A stretch of 63,505 nucleotides of DNA, filler included, from Choristocarpus tenellus KU-1152 (lineage: Eukaryota; Protista; Phaeophyceae): assembly GCA_964200185.2 (NCBI GenBank). It is 9 parts of 9 records of this genome, joined end to end, with 100 filler letters (N's around TTAATTAATTAA, not from the genome) between each part and the next. Parts side by side here need not be neighbours in the genome. Positions count along the whole stretch, not along the records: positions 36,262 to 45,263 come from CAXNAD020004095.1; positions 45,364 to 48,955 come from CAXNAD020019069.1; positions 49,056 to 55,097 come from CAXNAD020009092.1; 6 more parts are not named here. The stretch is one strand, 5' to 3'. A program made the position numbers and the translations under genes. The notes below the pieces were generated by a model. It searched no databases. It saw only the letters and a list, made by a program, of their open reading frames with translations, and was not told the origin of the DNA. Positions 37,852-51,041 of the stretch are shown piece by piece (positions within the stretch are counted from its first letter, which is position 1; every line of letters begins with the position of its first letter).

Positions 37852-38750
37852 GAGCGAAAGTATCTTAGGGTTAGGGTACGAGTTTTGCCCTGTTTATCCA
37901 TTTGGGGCTTGGCTTCCCTCAGGGTTTTTTATGACATTTTCCTACTCCAAAAAATTCGGAGTAGGTTTCATGCGTAAAACTATGAAAAGTTGTGTCCTGA
38001 ACAAGGATATTGACACTTCCTAACTAACACAATACCCCAAATTACATCAAATCGCAACATTGGATTTTGGCCCCCAAATGGACGTGACTCTACCCTCTGA
38101 GATACTTTGGCTCACTCTTTGTTTATTCCGGAGGCAGATTGTCTTGATATTTTGGTCTCTACACAGGACAGTATGAAAGGAGGTGAGAACCAATACATTT
38201 AATAGGGTAGGAGCTTTGCCCTCTTTGTCTGTTCGGGACTTGACTTCCCACGTTCTTTTCTGCCCTTTATCGGTTTTCTGTGTGAACACAGTTACCCTAA
38301 CCCTAAAACGTATACGACTATGAAAGGTGTATCCGGATCAAGGACATTGACACTCGCGAACAAACACAACAGCCAAAATTACATCAAGATCGCAACATTG
38401 GATTTATGACCCCGAACGGATGCGGCCCTACCCTCTTAAATGCTTTGGGTCTGAGCATGCTTGGGTATCATGGGCAAGAGGGTAGTTTGTGAGTGAACGT
38501 ATCTTAGAGGGTACGAGTTTTGCCCTGTTTGTCCATTTGGGGCTTGGCTTCCCACGTTTTATTGATGACATTATACCTACTCTGAAATGTTTCGGACTAG
38601 GTAAAATGTATACATGTTATCAAAGGTGTGTCCAGAACAAGGATGTTGACACTTCCTAACAAACACGATCGCCAAAATTACATCAAAATTGCAACACTGG
38701 ATTTTGGCCCCCAAACAAACATGGCTCTACCCTCTAAGATACTTTGACTC
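37852..38750 (+). mobile_element. Cluster of three same-orientation MITEs (37852-38113 A, 38187-38451 B, 38491-38750 A)
   Basis: Three complete TIR-bounded units; tgt flanks the third on both sides. Confidence 0.85.
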
Positions 38751-39094
38751 TGTATTGCATGGTAGTAAGGTAAGAAAAAGAAGAACAAAAAGTCTGAGCT
38801 GGGATCATCCCAAGAAGAGAGTGAATGTGCTTGATGATGAAGGAAGAACAGACGTGTCTGAAGGCACTCCAAAGTAAGAATATTATCCTGATTTTAGGCT
38901 CAATGTATCTTGGGGGGGGGGGGGGCAAACCAGGATGTCTATTCCGGCCCTGACCAGGAGAAATGAACTTACATTATCCAATGCACGCATGAAACCAAAT
39001 CACCCAAAAAATCGCGGCATGGAAAAATGGACCCCAAATGGACAGCCACCACTCCCCGCCAGATACTATGAGCCTTACCCCGTAGAAAGTTTAC

Positions 39095-41598
39095 CTCTTT
39101 GTATGAGCCTGTGGCTATTCCGCCGGCTTTTCCGCCTATTTCCTCCAAATTCTCATGAGGTTCACTGTCTCCTTGATGGTCACTGCTGGTGTCACTGCCT
39201 TGGTCATCCCCTGACCCAGCAGTAGTCTTGGTCGCTTCACTGATATTTTCGTGCACGGGGTTGTTCTGCTCCTTGCTTGGCAGCCTAATGTTGTTGTCAG
39301 TAGATGGCATGGGAAACAATGCAACAAGTGAGGGGACTTTTGTGCCAGAGTGTGTGCTACCCCTTACAATTCTCGACAATATTGGACGCTATGTAACTTG
39401 TGCAGCAAACCCAACATTTCCACCAATGGAATATAGCCTAGAAGTCTATCCAAAGCAGCAATCGGATGTATTGCACTTTAACCTCTCCTCTAACCTTTCA
39501 ACGAGATAATTTGGAAGAATTTTCCTTTTTTTTTTAGCACGTCTCTTGGACACAAAGCCCTTAAGCCATGTCTACATCAGAGTGAAAGTATCTTAGAGGG
39601 TACAAATTCCGCCCTGTTTGTCCGTTTGGGGCTTGGGTTCCCACCGTTTTTTTAATGTCATTTTACCTACTCCAACATGTGTCGGAGTAGGTAGAATGTG
39701 TATGTTATGAAAAGGTGTGAGCGGAACAAGGATATTGACATTTTCTAACAAACACACTAGCCAAAATTACATCAAAATTGCAACATTGGATTTTGGCCTC
39801 CAAACGGATACGGCTCTACCCTCTAAGATACTTTCACTCTCAAGCAGAAGGCGAGAAGATGAAGGAGTAAGACTTCATTTTTTTTTTCCAGCCAAAATAA
39901 TGCTATAGTATGTCGTGGTATATTTGAAACCACACAGAGTTAATCGAGGGGATTTTGCCCCATGCAGCCTCTCCTACATTCATCGACATTGGGTTTACTA
40001 CTTTTCTGTGGGCGCAGCACCTTCAAGGACAGGAGCACTGGTGACCACCTTGCAGCAACTACTATGCTTAGGGGGAAGCGCAGACTTGATATTTCACACT
40101 TCTAGAGCTGCAGTCAACCTGATGCTTAGCCACATTCTTCAGACAACATATTTGTCATGCATACATTTAATCAGCCAAAGCCACCTGAGGTTCATTGTCC
40201 CAGCTCCCTCATCCTCTTCAGATTTTCCCAGTTCCTCATCTTTTTCATTTTCATCCTTGTGCTCTGTTTCCCCCATTCCCCTGTTCTCTCGTCCTGTATC
40301 CTCATTCCAGATTACCTTGCCTGCTGAGGTTTCTACCAAGCCCTCCCCAACTGGAGACGTTTCTCCTCCTTTCCGCTGAACTGTTGACTTGGGCAGCTGA
40401 ATGATCCCTTTTGTTGCCTTTCTCATCCTGCTGCGCATTTCCTCAAATCTACCTCCCTTGGCATCGTCAGGGGTGTTTCTCCCTTCCCAATCTTGCTCAT
40501 TTCCCTCCCCTGTCCCAACCTTTTCACCAGGGATTAGGGGCTCACCATCTTTATCCCCTGTGTACTCTCCAGAGATTTCTCCATCATCCTCGGCATATGG
40601 TGGATTAGAAGGAAACTTGCTTCCCTGCCTATCTTTGCTGTAAGCTGGATTGAACTCTCTTGCCGCTGGGGTTGTTGTTGGAGGATCTTTTGCATGAGTA
40701 TTGAATTTCTCGTCTTGACGCTTGTAACTGTCGTTAGTGGTGTCGAGACTATCTTTTTCTTGATCTCTTTCACCATCACTGTAGTTGTTATCCACACTCT
40801 CTCGCTCTTGACGACTAGCCTGCTGAAAATGGGGATGGACAGTGTGCTTTCAAAACCATTTCATTTCCTCCATGCGAAAGGTTTTTTGTAATAATTTCTT
40901 TGAGTCTCTGAGCCCTCAAAGCCTACTAAAGTATCATGATGACACCAAAAACCTTGCCATACCTCCTCTCGCTTCTGCTGCTCGATGCGTGCCCTTCTAG
41001 CAGCTAGGGGCGTAAGTTTCTTCTTTGGGGCTTCCTGTGGTGGAGCCTTGCGTGAACTCGTTGGCTCGCTGGACACACCAGGAGGTTCACCAGTTGCGTT
41101 TATGATAGGATCAGGATTGTCTGCACCCAGCAATGAGACAGGGTTCGGCTTCGATGCCATAGTAGAATCTCCACCCAAATTTCGGGCTCTGCTCATATTT
41201 CTATCGCCAAGAATTTCCGAGGAATGAACGATTACCTCCTGAGAGTCACGAGGCCCAGGGAAAGTGGATTTCGACTCTCCTTCCTCCTCGGCCAAGTCTC
41301 CTTCGTTCCTCCTTCTCATTCTCCTTTTCCTTCGAGCATCCATTCTCTCCACTTCCCCACCTTTTTGGACAGGAGATAGAAGTCCACGGCTTTTTGAGCT
41401 GGCTGGAAACGGTTCCGCCGCATTGAAAGTGTTGTTCGTCCCCATCCTTCCAGAAATGAGTGGATCTGACACAACAGGTCGAGTGCTTCGTCTGTTCGTG
41501 GAGGGTGCTTCATCATTGCCTTCTATATTGGGGGAGAGGCGATCCTGTCCAAGTCGTCGAGCTGCTTGCTCCGCCCTTAATTCCTTGAGCGATTTCAT
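39095..41598 (-). CDS. Hypothetical low-complexity, charged protein; exons 41598-40963, 40819-40185, 39284-39095; 3' end unresolved
   Basis: Long open frames with phase-compatible GT-AG junctions, starting MKSLKELRAEQAARR; no recognisable domain. Confidence 0.62.
39580..39839 (+). mobile_element. MITE family A copy with perfect 23-bp TIR
   Basis: gagtgaaagtatcttagagggta ... taccctctaagatactttcactc, flanked by tca/tca. Confidence 0.9.
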
Positions 41599-41778
41599 CC
41601 TATTTTCCTTGTGTCCCTGCGGACAGGTTATGAATGCACTTGATACTCTGTACTTTGCGCTTTGTATCAAATTGGAGTGATGTCCCACCGTTCAACTGTT
41701 TTCGTTACAATTCTCTACACTCGGCCTCGAATACATTAGAAACCTCAGTTCAAAAACTCAGTTCAAATTTGTTTGGCA

Positions 41779-44700
41779 ATGGTGGTAACCTTTGGGCAAG
41801 TGGTGGTCGGTCCTCCTGGGTCCGGCAAGACCACATATTGTCATGGGATGCACCAGTATCTCAAAGCTCTAGGGAGGGATGCCGCTGTTATCAATCTGGA
41901 CCCTGCCAACTATGGCGAGGGCCTCCCATACGAGGCGGAACTGGATATAGGCGATTTAGTTTCTTTGGAGGTAAGAGACTGGTTAACCCTTACTGAATAA
42001 CTTTGGAATTTGACTTCTAGCTGAGGTATCGTAACCTCCTCCCTCCTGGTTGTTTCTTCTCTCGCAGAGCGTCATGGCCGAATTCGACCTTGGACCAAAC
42101 GGTGCCATGTTGTATTGCCTGGAGTACCTGGATAAGAACGAGGACTGGCTGGTAGAAAAGCTTTCTAAACTTCGGCACAAGTACCTCATCTTCGACTTTC
42201 CTGGACAGGTGACCATCGCTGATGTATGCAGGAGCAATAGATCGCATGATGCCTTGCTTGTTCCCGGTCTCGAAGGACCACCTCTTTGCCCAGCTCTTGA
42301 GTGAATCGAGACATACCCTCTGTACCGAACACTCTGAGGGCGTAGGTACCAATATGATACACTCTCCGTTTCCACTCCAATAACGCGATACTAGTGTTCC
42401 CCTCCTGCGATTTCGATCGGCATTGGTGGCTACTCAAGAAGGGGTTGGTGGTCGTTCAGGTCATGACTTAGCCTCTGGTCCCGCCAACCTATTTTTCGTT
42501 GGTTGAAATGCAGGGCCAACCTTACCACATATCTGATTCCTATCCTTCCCTACTCGACAGGTTGAACTTTTTACCCACTGTCAATGTGTGCAGAGGATAG
42601 TACACAGACTGCAGAAGGAAGACTGCCGCCTAACTGCTGTACACCTTGTAGATGCTTACAACTGCAGGTGATGTCATGTTGAAGAATCTGTGCAACATGA
42701 CAAAAATAATCCGGCACATCCTTTCTTGCACTATTTTATGGCTGTTGAGAAAATTTTCGTCATGAATCTCTAGCACTTTATGTTAACAGACTACTGTGTT
42801 CTAAGGTTTCCTAGGAAGGATGTAAGTTATGCGGGACATTTTGGCTTTGCTGACCCCCTCAGTCATAGGAAATGAGCGGTTTATTGCTGATGTCTACAAA
42901 CAAAATCCTTCTTGGTTTTGATGCTGATGCTTCCCTCAGCATTTGTTGCCCTTGCTCTCTATCCACAACACCGCACCTCCCTTGTTGGTTGCTGTGAGAG
43001 TCTCAGGTGTGGAGTGTTGGCATAACTCAAATGCTCCTTGCCCTATCCACCTCCTCCCACTTGTGTGCCCTCCCCAACTCTCACCAGCAATCCATCGCTC
43101 TTTATCTCAGTCACACTTCTGTCTCTCATGGTGATGCTGCGGTTGGAACTCCCACACATTAACATCCTGTCCAAGGTCAGGACCATGCTGCTGCTCAGGA
43201 ACTTTTGATTGTTCATGTCTGCTGCCTTCACATAGAGATCACTATCCCAAGAGCCCTCTGCATGTGACTACCATATTGCTTTGATCCACCAAAACTTTGA
43301 CTGTTCTTCCCTTTTGACTGATACTAAGCTGTTCATCCACCATCCATCCCTCTTTCAGTCCATCTATACAGTTCGAAACTTACACAGTTCATCTATTTTT
43401 GATCGACAGACGATCAGGTGAACTGGGCATTTGACCCAGAAGCGCTTGCTCCCAGGACGATCAATACTACCGTAGTTGGCAAGAATAAGGGTTAAGGTTA
43501 TTCTTAGGATTCTTGAGAGGGGGAAAAAAATACTAGTATCGCTGTCGTCCTTGTGTTGAGGTGATGCACATCAGACAATCTGACTTGCTGAGGGTGTGGC
43601 GAATACCCCCAATGTCTGCTACATCTCAATCACCTTGATCATCTTGCTTTTCTTCTCCAAGCCGCTATGTAATCTGGGCATCCCTGCTCACCAGTGATGC
43701 GATGACTTCCCATCGTTGACACCTTGTGTTAATCCAACCCTCAACTCCAAAATTCTCTGTGGCCCAACAGAGATGAGAAAAAAGTCGCCACTTGATGTGT
43801 GTATCAGCATTCTCACGGTAGTATTGCATAATTTCCTCCCCTTCCTCTCCCCTCGCCCCTGACGTGGTTCTACCCCCTAACCCTAACCTTAACTCTATAT
43901 TATCTGCACCATTAATAGGTGGACTTGATCGAGCAACTAGGCCCCTTGCCATTTAATCTGGACTTCTTCACAGAGTGCCAGGACATGCGGCAACTCCTGT
44001 TGTACATGGATACACCCCCCCTTGTTGAAGGAGATGAGGAGGAGGAGGAGGAGGAGGAGGAGGAGGAGGCAGATGAGGGTATGGGGGAAGTGGTGGGGGA
44101 AGGCATGTTAGGGGACGGGACTGGGGGCTTGGGACAAGGATCGGGAGGACCAAAAAGAGGGAGTTCGAGGTTGGGAGAACTTTTCTTCAAGATGACAGAG
44201 GAGATATGTGATGTGGTGGACAGCTATGGACTTGTGAGCTTCCACCCATTGAATATACAGGTGAGTTGTGGGGTTTGTTGTGGTGGTTGGTTTGGTTTTC
44301 TGATTGATTGAAGGCAATGCATTTTTTTTTTGTAAGAATAAAATTCGTGGGAGCAAAACTTTATTTTGTGGATTTTTTTTGGTGTGTGTTCAGTCGGTGC
44401 TAGCTCTGGAGTCGTGTCGAGATGTTTCCTGCAAGCTGGAGCATTTTTTCAGAGGGGGTTGGTGGTTTGTTCCTCTTTGAAGGATTTCTTAATTTTTGAG
44501 TGTAGATTGATTGTTGCGCTTTTGCTGGACTTGAAGAACAATGAAGGTGTTCTATGCCTAGAGATCGTTTTGTTGTTTGATTTTGTGTGCATGTTGTTGA
44601 CTGAGAGGAGCCTACAACTCATTTCAACGTTATCTTGATTTGCCTGTTTTTGAAGGGTATTTGTTGTGAGATAGTTAAGGTCAGTTCTGCGTAGAGAACT

Positions 44701-45263
44701 TGGAATGAGTTTTCATTCCCCTTCCGGAGGTAGCAGGGAAGGGACCTCGACTTTTTGCATGCTTGAGACACGGCACACTCTGCCGAGGCAGTGAGTGATT
44801 TTGGGTGAGGCAAGACAAGTTTTTTTTTGTTAGCACTCTGTAGTGTTTTCAGTTGTCTAGAATGGTATAGGGGCTTTCCTTTCCATGGAAGGCTTTCGTC
44901 ATCTTAGATATCCGGACTAACAGAATCTAACCTGATTGAATCTTCACCTGGAATAGTGGAACAATAATTTTCCTCTTTTCTACTCAGGCGAGAATGACTA
45001 CCACTTCTTTTCCTCAAGACAAGAATTCAGCTCTTTCTTCTCATTTTATTGATACAGACTCCCTCCCCTCCCCTCCCCTCCCCTACCCTCCCCCTCTCCG
45101 CCCATCCACCCCCCCCACCCCCTCAACTGCAAACACAACACAGGATGCAGAGACTGTAGGCCGTGTCTTAGCACAGATCGACAAATGCAATGGTTTTGTA
45201 CTTGGAGTGGGTCAGGCGGAACGCCCTGGGACAGTGGGGATGCCCTCCTTGAAGGGCGGTGGG
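41779..45263 (+). CDS. GPN2: GPN-loop GTPase 2, exons 41779-41970, 42068-42208, 42561-42667, 43088-43175, 43919-44260, 45144-gap
   Basis: [83 protein letters not shown]. Confidence 0.93.
44037..44069 (+). repeat. (GAG)n microsatellite encoding poly-Glu in a GPN2 exon
   Basis: About 11 consecutive GAG codons. Confidence 0.9.
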
Positions 45264-45610
45264 NNNNNNNNNNNNNNNNNNNNNNNNNNNNNNNNNNNNN
45301 NNNNNNNTTAATTAATTAANNNNNNNNNNNNNNNNNNNNNNNNNNNNNNNNNNNNNNNNNNNNCTTATGGCGAGGCGGGAGATGCGCATTAACACATTAA
45401 CATCATAAAAAATAGCGCTCGTAATCGTTTCCATCCTATCCATAAAGCTTATGATTGATTTCCCAGCTCACCACGATTAATCATTCGATTCCGCGATTGA
45501 TTTTCTAGCTCGCCACGATTAATTGGTCGCTTCGACGATTGATTTCCCACGAATGACACGATTGTTAGCAGATTCCACGATTGATTTTCAGTTTTTTTTT
45601 AAACGATAGT

Positions 45611-46030
45611 GTACCACATCAATTCTGTACCGCTTTTTTCGGGCATGCCCATGGGTGAACAAAATCGGGGCACCTACTGTATTATATTATGCCCTCTGAT
45701 ATTTTGCAAATGTGTCAGGGGGGGAAAAAATGAGAACTATACACGTCGCTATAAGCCCTAAAGATATAAAAACTCATAAATGTGAAAACACTAATCTATT
45801 TGTTACCCCACCACTATCTTGTACTACTGTCATACTGTGCCTCCGATCTACCTAGTCCTGCACACCAGGAGAAGGAGCTAGGGAGACATCCTAAGACTCC
45901 AATAAACCCCTCCGTGCCCATCTCCCTGCTGACTCCAGCTTAAAACACATGACCCGTCTAGACAGTGGCACTTGCGTAGGTACTGAGACAATTTGGCGTA
46001 GCTGGGATTTGACAACATCCTTAAAATGCA
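45611..46030 (-). mobile_element. Second, shorter LINE 3'-end copy
   Basis: Blocks gtaccacatcaattctgtacc...aaatcggggcacct and gcccatctccctg..ctccagcttaaaacacatgac match 32805-33430. Confidence 0.62.
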
Positions 46031-46467
46031 ACGTTGGATACCTCTCCTTTTCTTCATCTCACTATATCCTATGAGACAAGTTGACTTGGTGATGCTGAAC
46101 GTTATACCCTTCATCTGTCTCCTATCGTACTTTCTGTTTTTGCATTTTGTTTCAAGTTATGACTATGTTCCCCATATGTCTTGTATCTTAGTGCGTGGCC
46201 ATAGTAGTCAAGTGACAGCTGGGATGTGGTGTGGAGACTGGCTGTAGATGGAAGGGCTTTCGAAGTCAGGGAGAGTTTAGTGCATCGTAGGACAACCCAC
46301 CTGTGGGGCAGTTAAGCAGTGCTACTCTGTTACAAAAATTCACTTCAGACACTACACTTAGAGGATTTGTAGATTGTAGGCGAAGCAACATGATACTGTG
46401 AAGGATCAGCAGGACAGAGTACTTAATACTCTATTCGTGAGGATTTGGATAGGACAGAATCAAAGTA

Positions 46468-46728
46468 AGAATCAAATGATCTTAAAGGGTAAAGCTGCGC
46501 CCGTTTGGGGTCTAAAATTTGATGTTGGGATTTTAATGCAATTTTCGCTCTCGCGTTTTTTGGAAGTGTCAATATTCTTGTTCCGGAGATACACCTTTTT
46601 ATGAAGTATTCGTTGTACCTACTCCGAAACATTTCGGTGTAGGAAAATGTCATTAAAAGAATGTTGGAACCCAAGCCTCAAACGGACAAACAGGGCAAAT
46701 GCCATACCCTCTAAGATACTTTCACCCT
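46468..46728 (-). mobile_element. MITE family A/B copy
   Basis: Reverse-orientation copy ending taccctctaagatactttcaccc. Confidence 0.8.
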
Positions 46729-46732
46729 AAGC

Positions 46733-46970
46733 GAGAGGTGTACCCAGAGATAAACTGTAAGGATGCTGATATGTATGTGCAAAATTCTTCCTTTTTTTCA
46801 AATTCGTAGAGGATCTTTTCTGAAATATGTTGAAAGGTCTCAAGTAATAGAAAATTCAAGGCTCTCAAGTCAAACTTAGCACTTCATCCATAGAAATGTG
46901 AGTGAATTGGAAAAGAAATAAAAAAAAAAACTGTCTCAAAATGCAAAATGGTCAAAACCTGGGTAACTCT
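46733..46970 (+). repeat. ~240-bp dispersed repeat (MITE-like family D); second copy at 53932-54177
   Basis: Shared blocks tacccagag..taaggatgctga, gctctc.agt.aaacttag.acttc and aatgcaaaa.gg..caaaacct.ggt; imperfect terminal inverted repeats. Confidence 0.6.
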
Positions 46971-49287
46971 ATTATACTTTGGCTTTACAGGTAGAAACTG
47001 ATAGACCCATAATACCACTGTGTTTCAGTAATCTCTATGTAGTGATGTACTAGGTAGATATTGTTCATCGTAGAAGAAGCCACATGGTGTTGCCAAGGGC
47101 CAACAGGAGAAAAGACATGACAACATTGATGTCATTCTTTTGTGAAAGTGGTGTTTGAACGATTTCCTGTTTTTTTTTAGAAGTAGGATTCAGCGGGTTA
47201 ATAGTGTCTGCTCAGCAAAGGAGAGTGCGTATGAATGCTGATGCTGATGCGATACAGAAACGGCAGCAAGTGGAGTTGGCAATCAGTGTTAGGGCTAAGG
47301 ATGGATCTCTATGAACAGGTTGCGTTATCTGGATAGTTTCTGCTTACACATCTGATGTGTGATATGATCTACTGCTAGTTTTGTTACTTGATAGTACAGT
47401 TCATAGTGTTTGCACAGTAAGGTGAGAGTGTTGGTATGTATATATGTAGCCTTTCTATGTCAACTGAGATTCTGCATTTGCATTTGTACATCCTGCAGTT
47501 GTACTTTCGGCCTATACTTCACGCATTCAGTGAAAATGTCACACAGGGCCATTCCCCCCCAAAAAAGTATGTAACCAAAATATTGTGCTGACCTCAGAAC
47601 GAGGTATCTGTATCTCACTAAAGCGTGGATTGGAGTCTCAAGTGATGGGGAGAAGGAGCATAGCGTGGCAGTGCTGATCTTTGCTCATGTCTGTGACAAT
47701 GCTACTGTGTACAATGGTACTGGCAAGCGGGATTGTGAGGGCCTTTGTAAGCACTTGCGGGTCGACCACGGCAGGGGAACTTCACAAGAAGGAGCGGCTC
47801 AGGCATAGAGAAGATAGTTCAAACTCAAATCCTACTACAGAGAGGTGAAGCGTTCAAGGGTGGTGGAGAACTACATCTGTGATACCGATTCAGTTGACGT
47901 CCACACAATCATCACTGGCAGTCCTGACTCGCTCTTGAGAAGGCCTAGTGGATCAAATGCTGGTGGTAGAGGGTATTTGTTAGTCTTCGTGAGACACGTG
48001 CATACCTTCCTTGGGACCAGTGAGGGGGGACGAAGGTATCACATTTTCAGTTTTCTGGTGATTACATTGTATTTTGCTTTCTCACTTTGGAGGAAGGAAA
48101 AAGAACCACCATCTCCATTGAAGACATGGCCCTAGATCCAGCGATTCACCAGAGTTAGTCCCTAAGTGACCTTTCCCTAATCTGTTACAGGCGAATAGTG
48201 CAGGAATTTCTTCTCGCGTTCTAACAAGGGCAAGCAGTATTTACATGTGGGGAAGCTTAAAAAGAGGAATTCCGATTTGCTAAAGGTTGCAGAGTAAGAT
48301 CTGTAACTTGGGAATTTTGGAACGGTTTTCAGATGTATTCCAACTTCTGTGAACCAAGGCAAAATAAAAAAAGATTATAATAAAAGGAATAAGAGCGCTG
48401 CTATATATTTTATGCCAAGTACCTACTGACGTTGAATGAGAGAGAAGTACCCCCCTGTTCTACAAACCTGGCGCACGTTGGATTACCTGGACTGCTAAAG
48501 TATCCTGAGAGGCTTGCACGAGCATCAGAATTTTCTATAGGCCTGTGGATTAGAACTGCACATCCTTTCAAGGTAAGCTTCTGGAGCGTGCTGTAACAAT
48601 TCCAGGCTGTGTCTGGGGTAAAGAGTGGGAACTATGGACATGGAGAATGTATGCCATGCTGAAGTGCTCAGTGTGTGGAAAAAGAGGGGAAGGTCCATAG
48701 CAAAGGGGAAATTTGAGCAGAGCAGACGAAATGAGATGGGCAAGCTTCCTTGTTATTGGTAATCGAACGTAATAGTGTGTTGAAACCTGAATCGAATGCA
48801 TCGTACATGTAAGCAAAATGCGTAGACTACGAGCGATGAGGAATCATGGTGTTGCAAAGCACCGATGGGTGATATGCGTAGTCTATGTTATGGATTGATG
48901 TGATCGTGGTGCAAAGCACCGATGTATTTATTCTGTTGTAACTGAGGTCATTGATNNNNNNNNNNNNNNNNNNNNNNNNNNNNNNNNNNNNNNNNNNNNT
49001 TAATTAATTAANNNNNNNNNNNNNNNNNNNNNNNNNNNNNNNNNNNNNNNNNNNNTATTGATATCCAAGCAGGGTCTAAACGCTACCCCTCTTACGCATG
49101 ACCATTTTGCATTGCCCCTCTTCAGGGTTAGGGGTCACGTGTCTTGCGGTATGCACCACCTAGTTATAGATAGGGTTAGGGTTTGACCATGACCCAGATG
49201 CAACACCATGCGAAGAAAAAAAAAGGTGCAAAGTGGAGGCATTGTGTACCTTAGTTATGTAAAGAGTCAGTTGGTGTAGTAGAAATA

Positions 49288-51041
49288 ACCCAAAGTACCT
49301 TAGAGGGTAGGTAGGGCCTCGTCCATTTGGGGGTCAAAATCCAACGTTACGATTTTGATGTGATTTTGGCTATCATGCTAGTTAGGAAGTGTCAATATCC
49401 ATCTCCCGGACACGCCTTTTCATAACGTATACATTTTACCTACTCCGAAATATTTTGGAGCAGAAAAATGTAGAAAAAAAAACTGTGGGAAGCCAAGCCC
49501 CGAACGGACAAAGAGGGCAAAACTCGTACCCTCTTAGATACTTTCACGCAAGATTCCAAGGAAACTCCTGTCTTCGTAAGGGCGTAGGATACGATTCGAA
49601 TATGATGTTCTCTGAGTTGTGACTGGCAGCGAGCTAGTGCTGGGCATCAACGTGTTGCGTTTACAAGGATGACCCTGTACTTTAGTTTCTTGAAAGACTC
49701 CAGGAATTTTCACTGGTAAGTTAAATGAACTTATCTCCAAAGCTTTACCACGCGTTTTTCGGATTTTCATTGAACAAAAGGCGCTTCTCTGCAAGCGCTG
49801 ACTACATCATCCCTTTGCATTACCCCTTCTCAGCTTTATACTAATTCATTGACCCGTGCTACTGTAGATGCACTGTTTAATGAGCCAAAATATGTTAGAG
49901 GGTAGAGCCGCATCTATTTGGGGGCCAAAATCCAATGTTGCGATTTTGATCTAACTTTGGCTATCGTGTTTATTAGAAAGTGTCAATATCCTTGTTCTGG
50001 ACACACCTTTTCATAACGTATACATTTTACCTACTCTGAAATATTTTGGAGTAGGAAAATGTCATAAAAAAACCCTGTGGGAAGCCAAGCCCCAAATGGA
50101 CAAAGAGTGAAAGTATCTTATTAAGAGAGGGTACGAGTTTTGCCCTGTTTGTCCGTTCGGGCCTTGGCTTAGGGTTAGGGTTTTTTATGCCCTTTTTTTT
50201 CTGTATGAAAGTTTTGGACTTTGGAGTAGTAGATTAAATATGTAGGACTATGAAAGGTGTGTCTGGAGCCAACGATATTGACACTTGCTAACAAACACGA
50301 TAGCTAACATTAATCAAAATCATAACATTGGATTTCTGACTCTGAACGGATGCGGCCCCATTCAAACCCTAACCCTACCCTCTTAAATAATTTGACTCGC
50401 AAGTCTATGATGCTCGAGACCACTACAGAGACCCCATTCACATGCTGTGGTGTTTCTGAATCAGATTGCACTCAGACCAGTCCAGCACACATATCCGAAA
50501 AAAATAATCGATAGTCACCTGATCAAAATGTGCCATGTCATAAGTCTAGAACTTGAGTCATTCCAGAGCCAAAAAAGTCAATTACTTTTCTTGACAGCAA
50601 GTTCTGAGTGACCTGTGACCTAACCCTAACCCTAACCCTAACCCTAAGCTCGACAGAGCGATGAAAATGGCATGTGAAATCATTCCTGCACTCTTCATTG
50701 ATGTGGGTAATGGAATAGTGACGAAGACATGAAGGGCCCATTACAGCCCTGTCTGGTACATTGTTCTGTATCTGTTTAAGAAGAGCCAAAGTATCTTAGA
50801 GGGTAGAGTCGCGTCCACTTGGAGGCCAAAATCCAATGTTGTGATTTTGATGCAATTTTGGCTATCGTGTTTGTTAACAAGTTTCAACACCCTTGTTCTG
50901 GACACACCTTTTCATAACGTATACATTTTACCTACTCCGAAACATTTTGGAGTAGGAAAATGTCCTAAAAAAACCCTTGGGAAGCCAAGCCCCAAACAGG
51001 CAAACAGGGTGAAACTCGTACCCCCTAAGATACTCTCAGTC
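49288..51041. mobile_element. MITE cluster: 49288-49549(-), 49882-50104(-, truncated), 50105-50398(+), 50783-51041(-, AGAA TSD)
   Basis: Family A/B TIRs and internal sequence. Confidence 0.85.
50618..50647 (-). repeat. Interstitial telomeric repeat (TTAGGG)x~5
   Basis: cctaaccctaaccctaaccctaaccctaa. Confidence 0.85.

Noticed and set aside
37852-38750. CRISPR-like repeat/spacer appearance of MITE clusters
   Set aside because: Units are ~260 bp, TIR-bounded, divergent and dispersed; no cas genes; eukaryotic DNA
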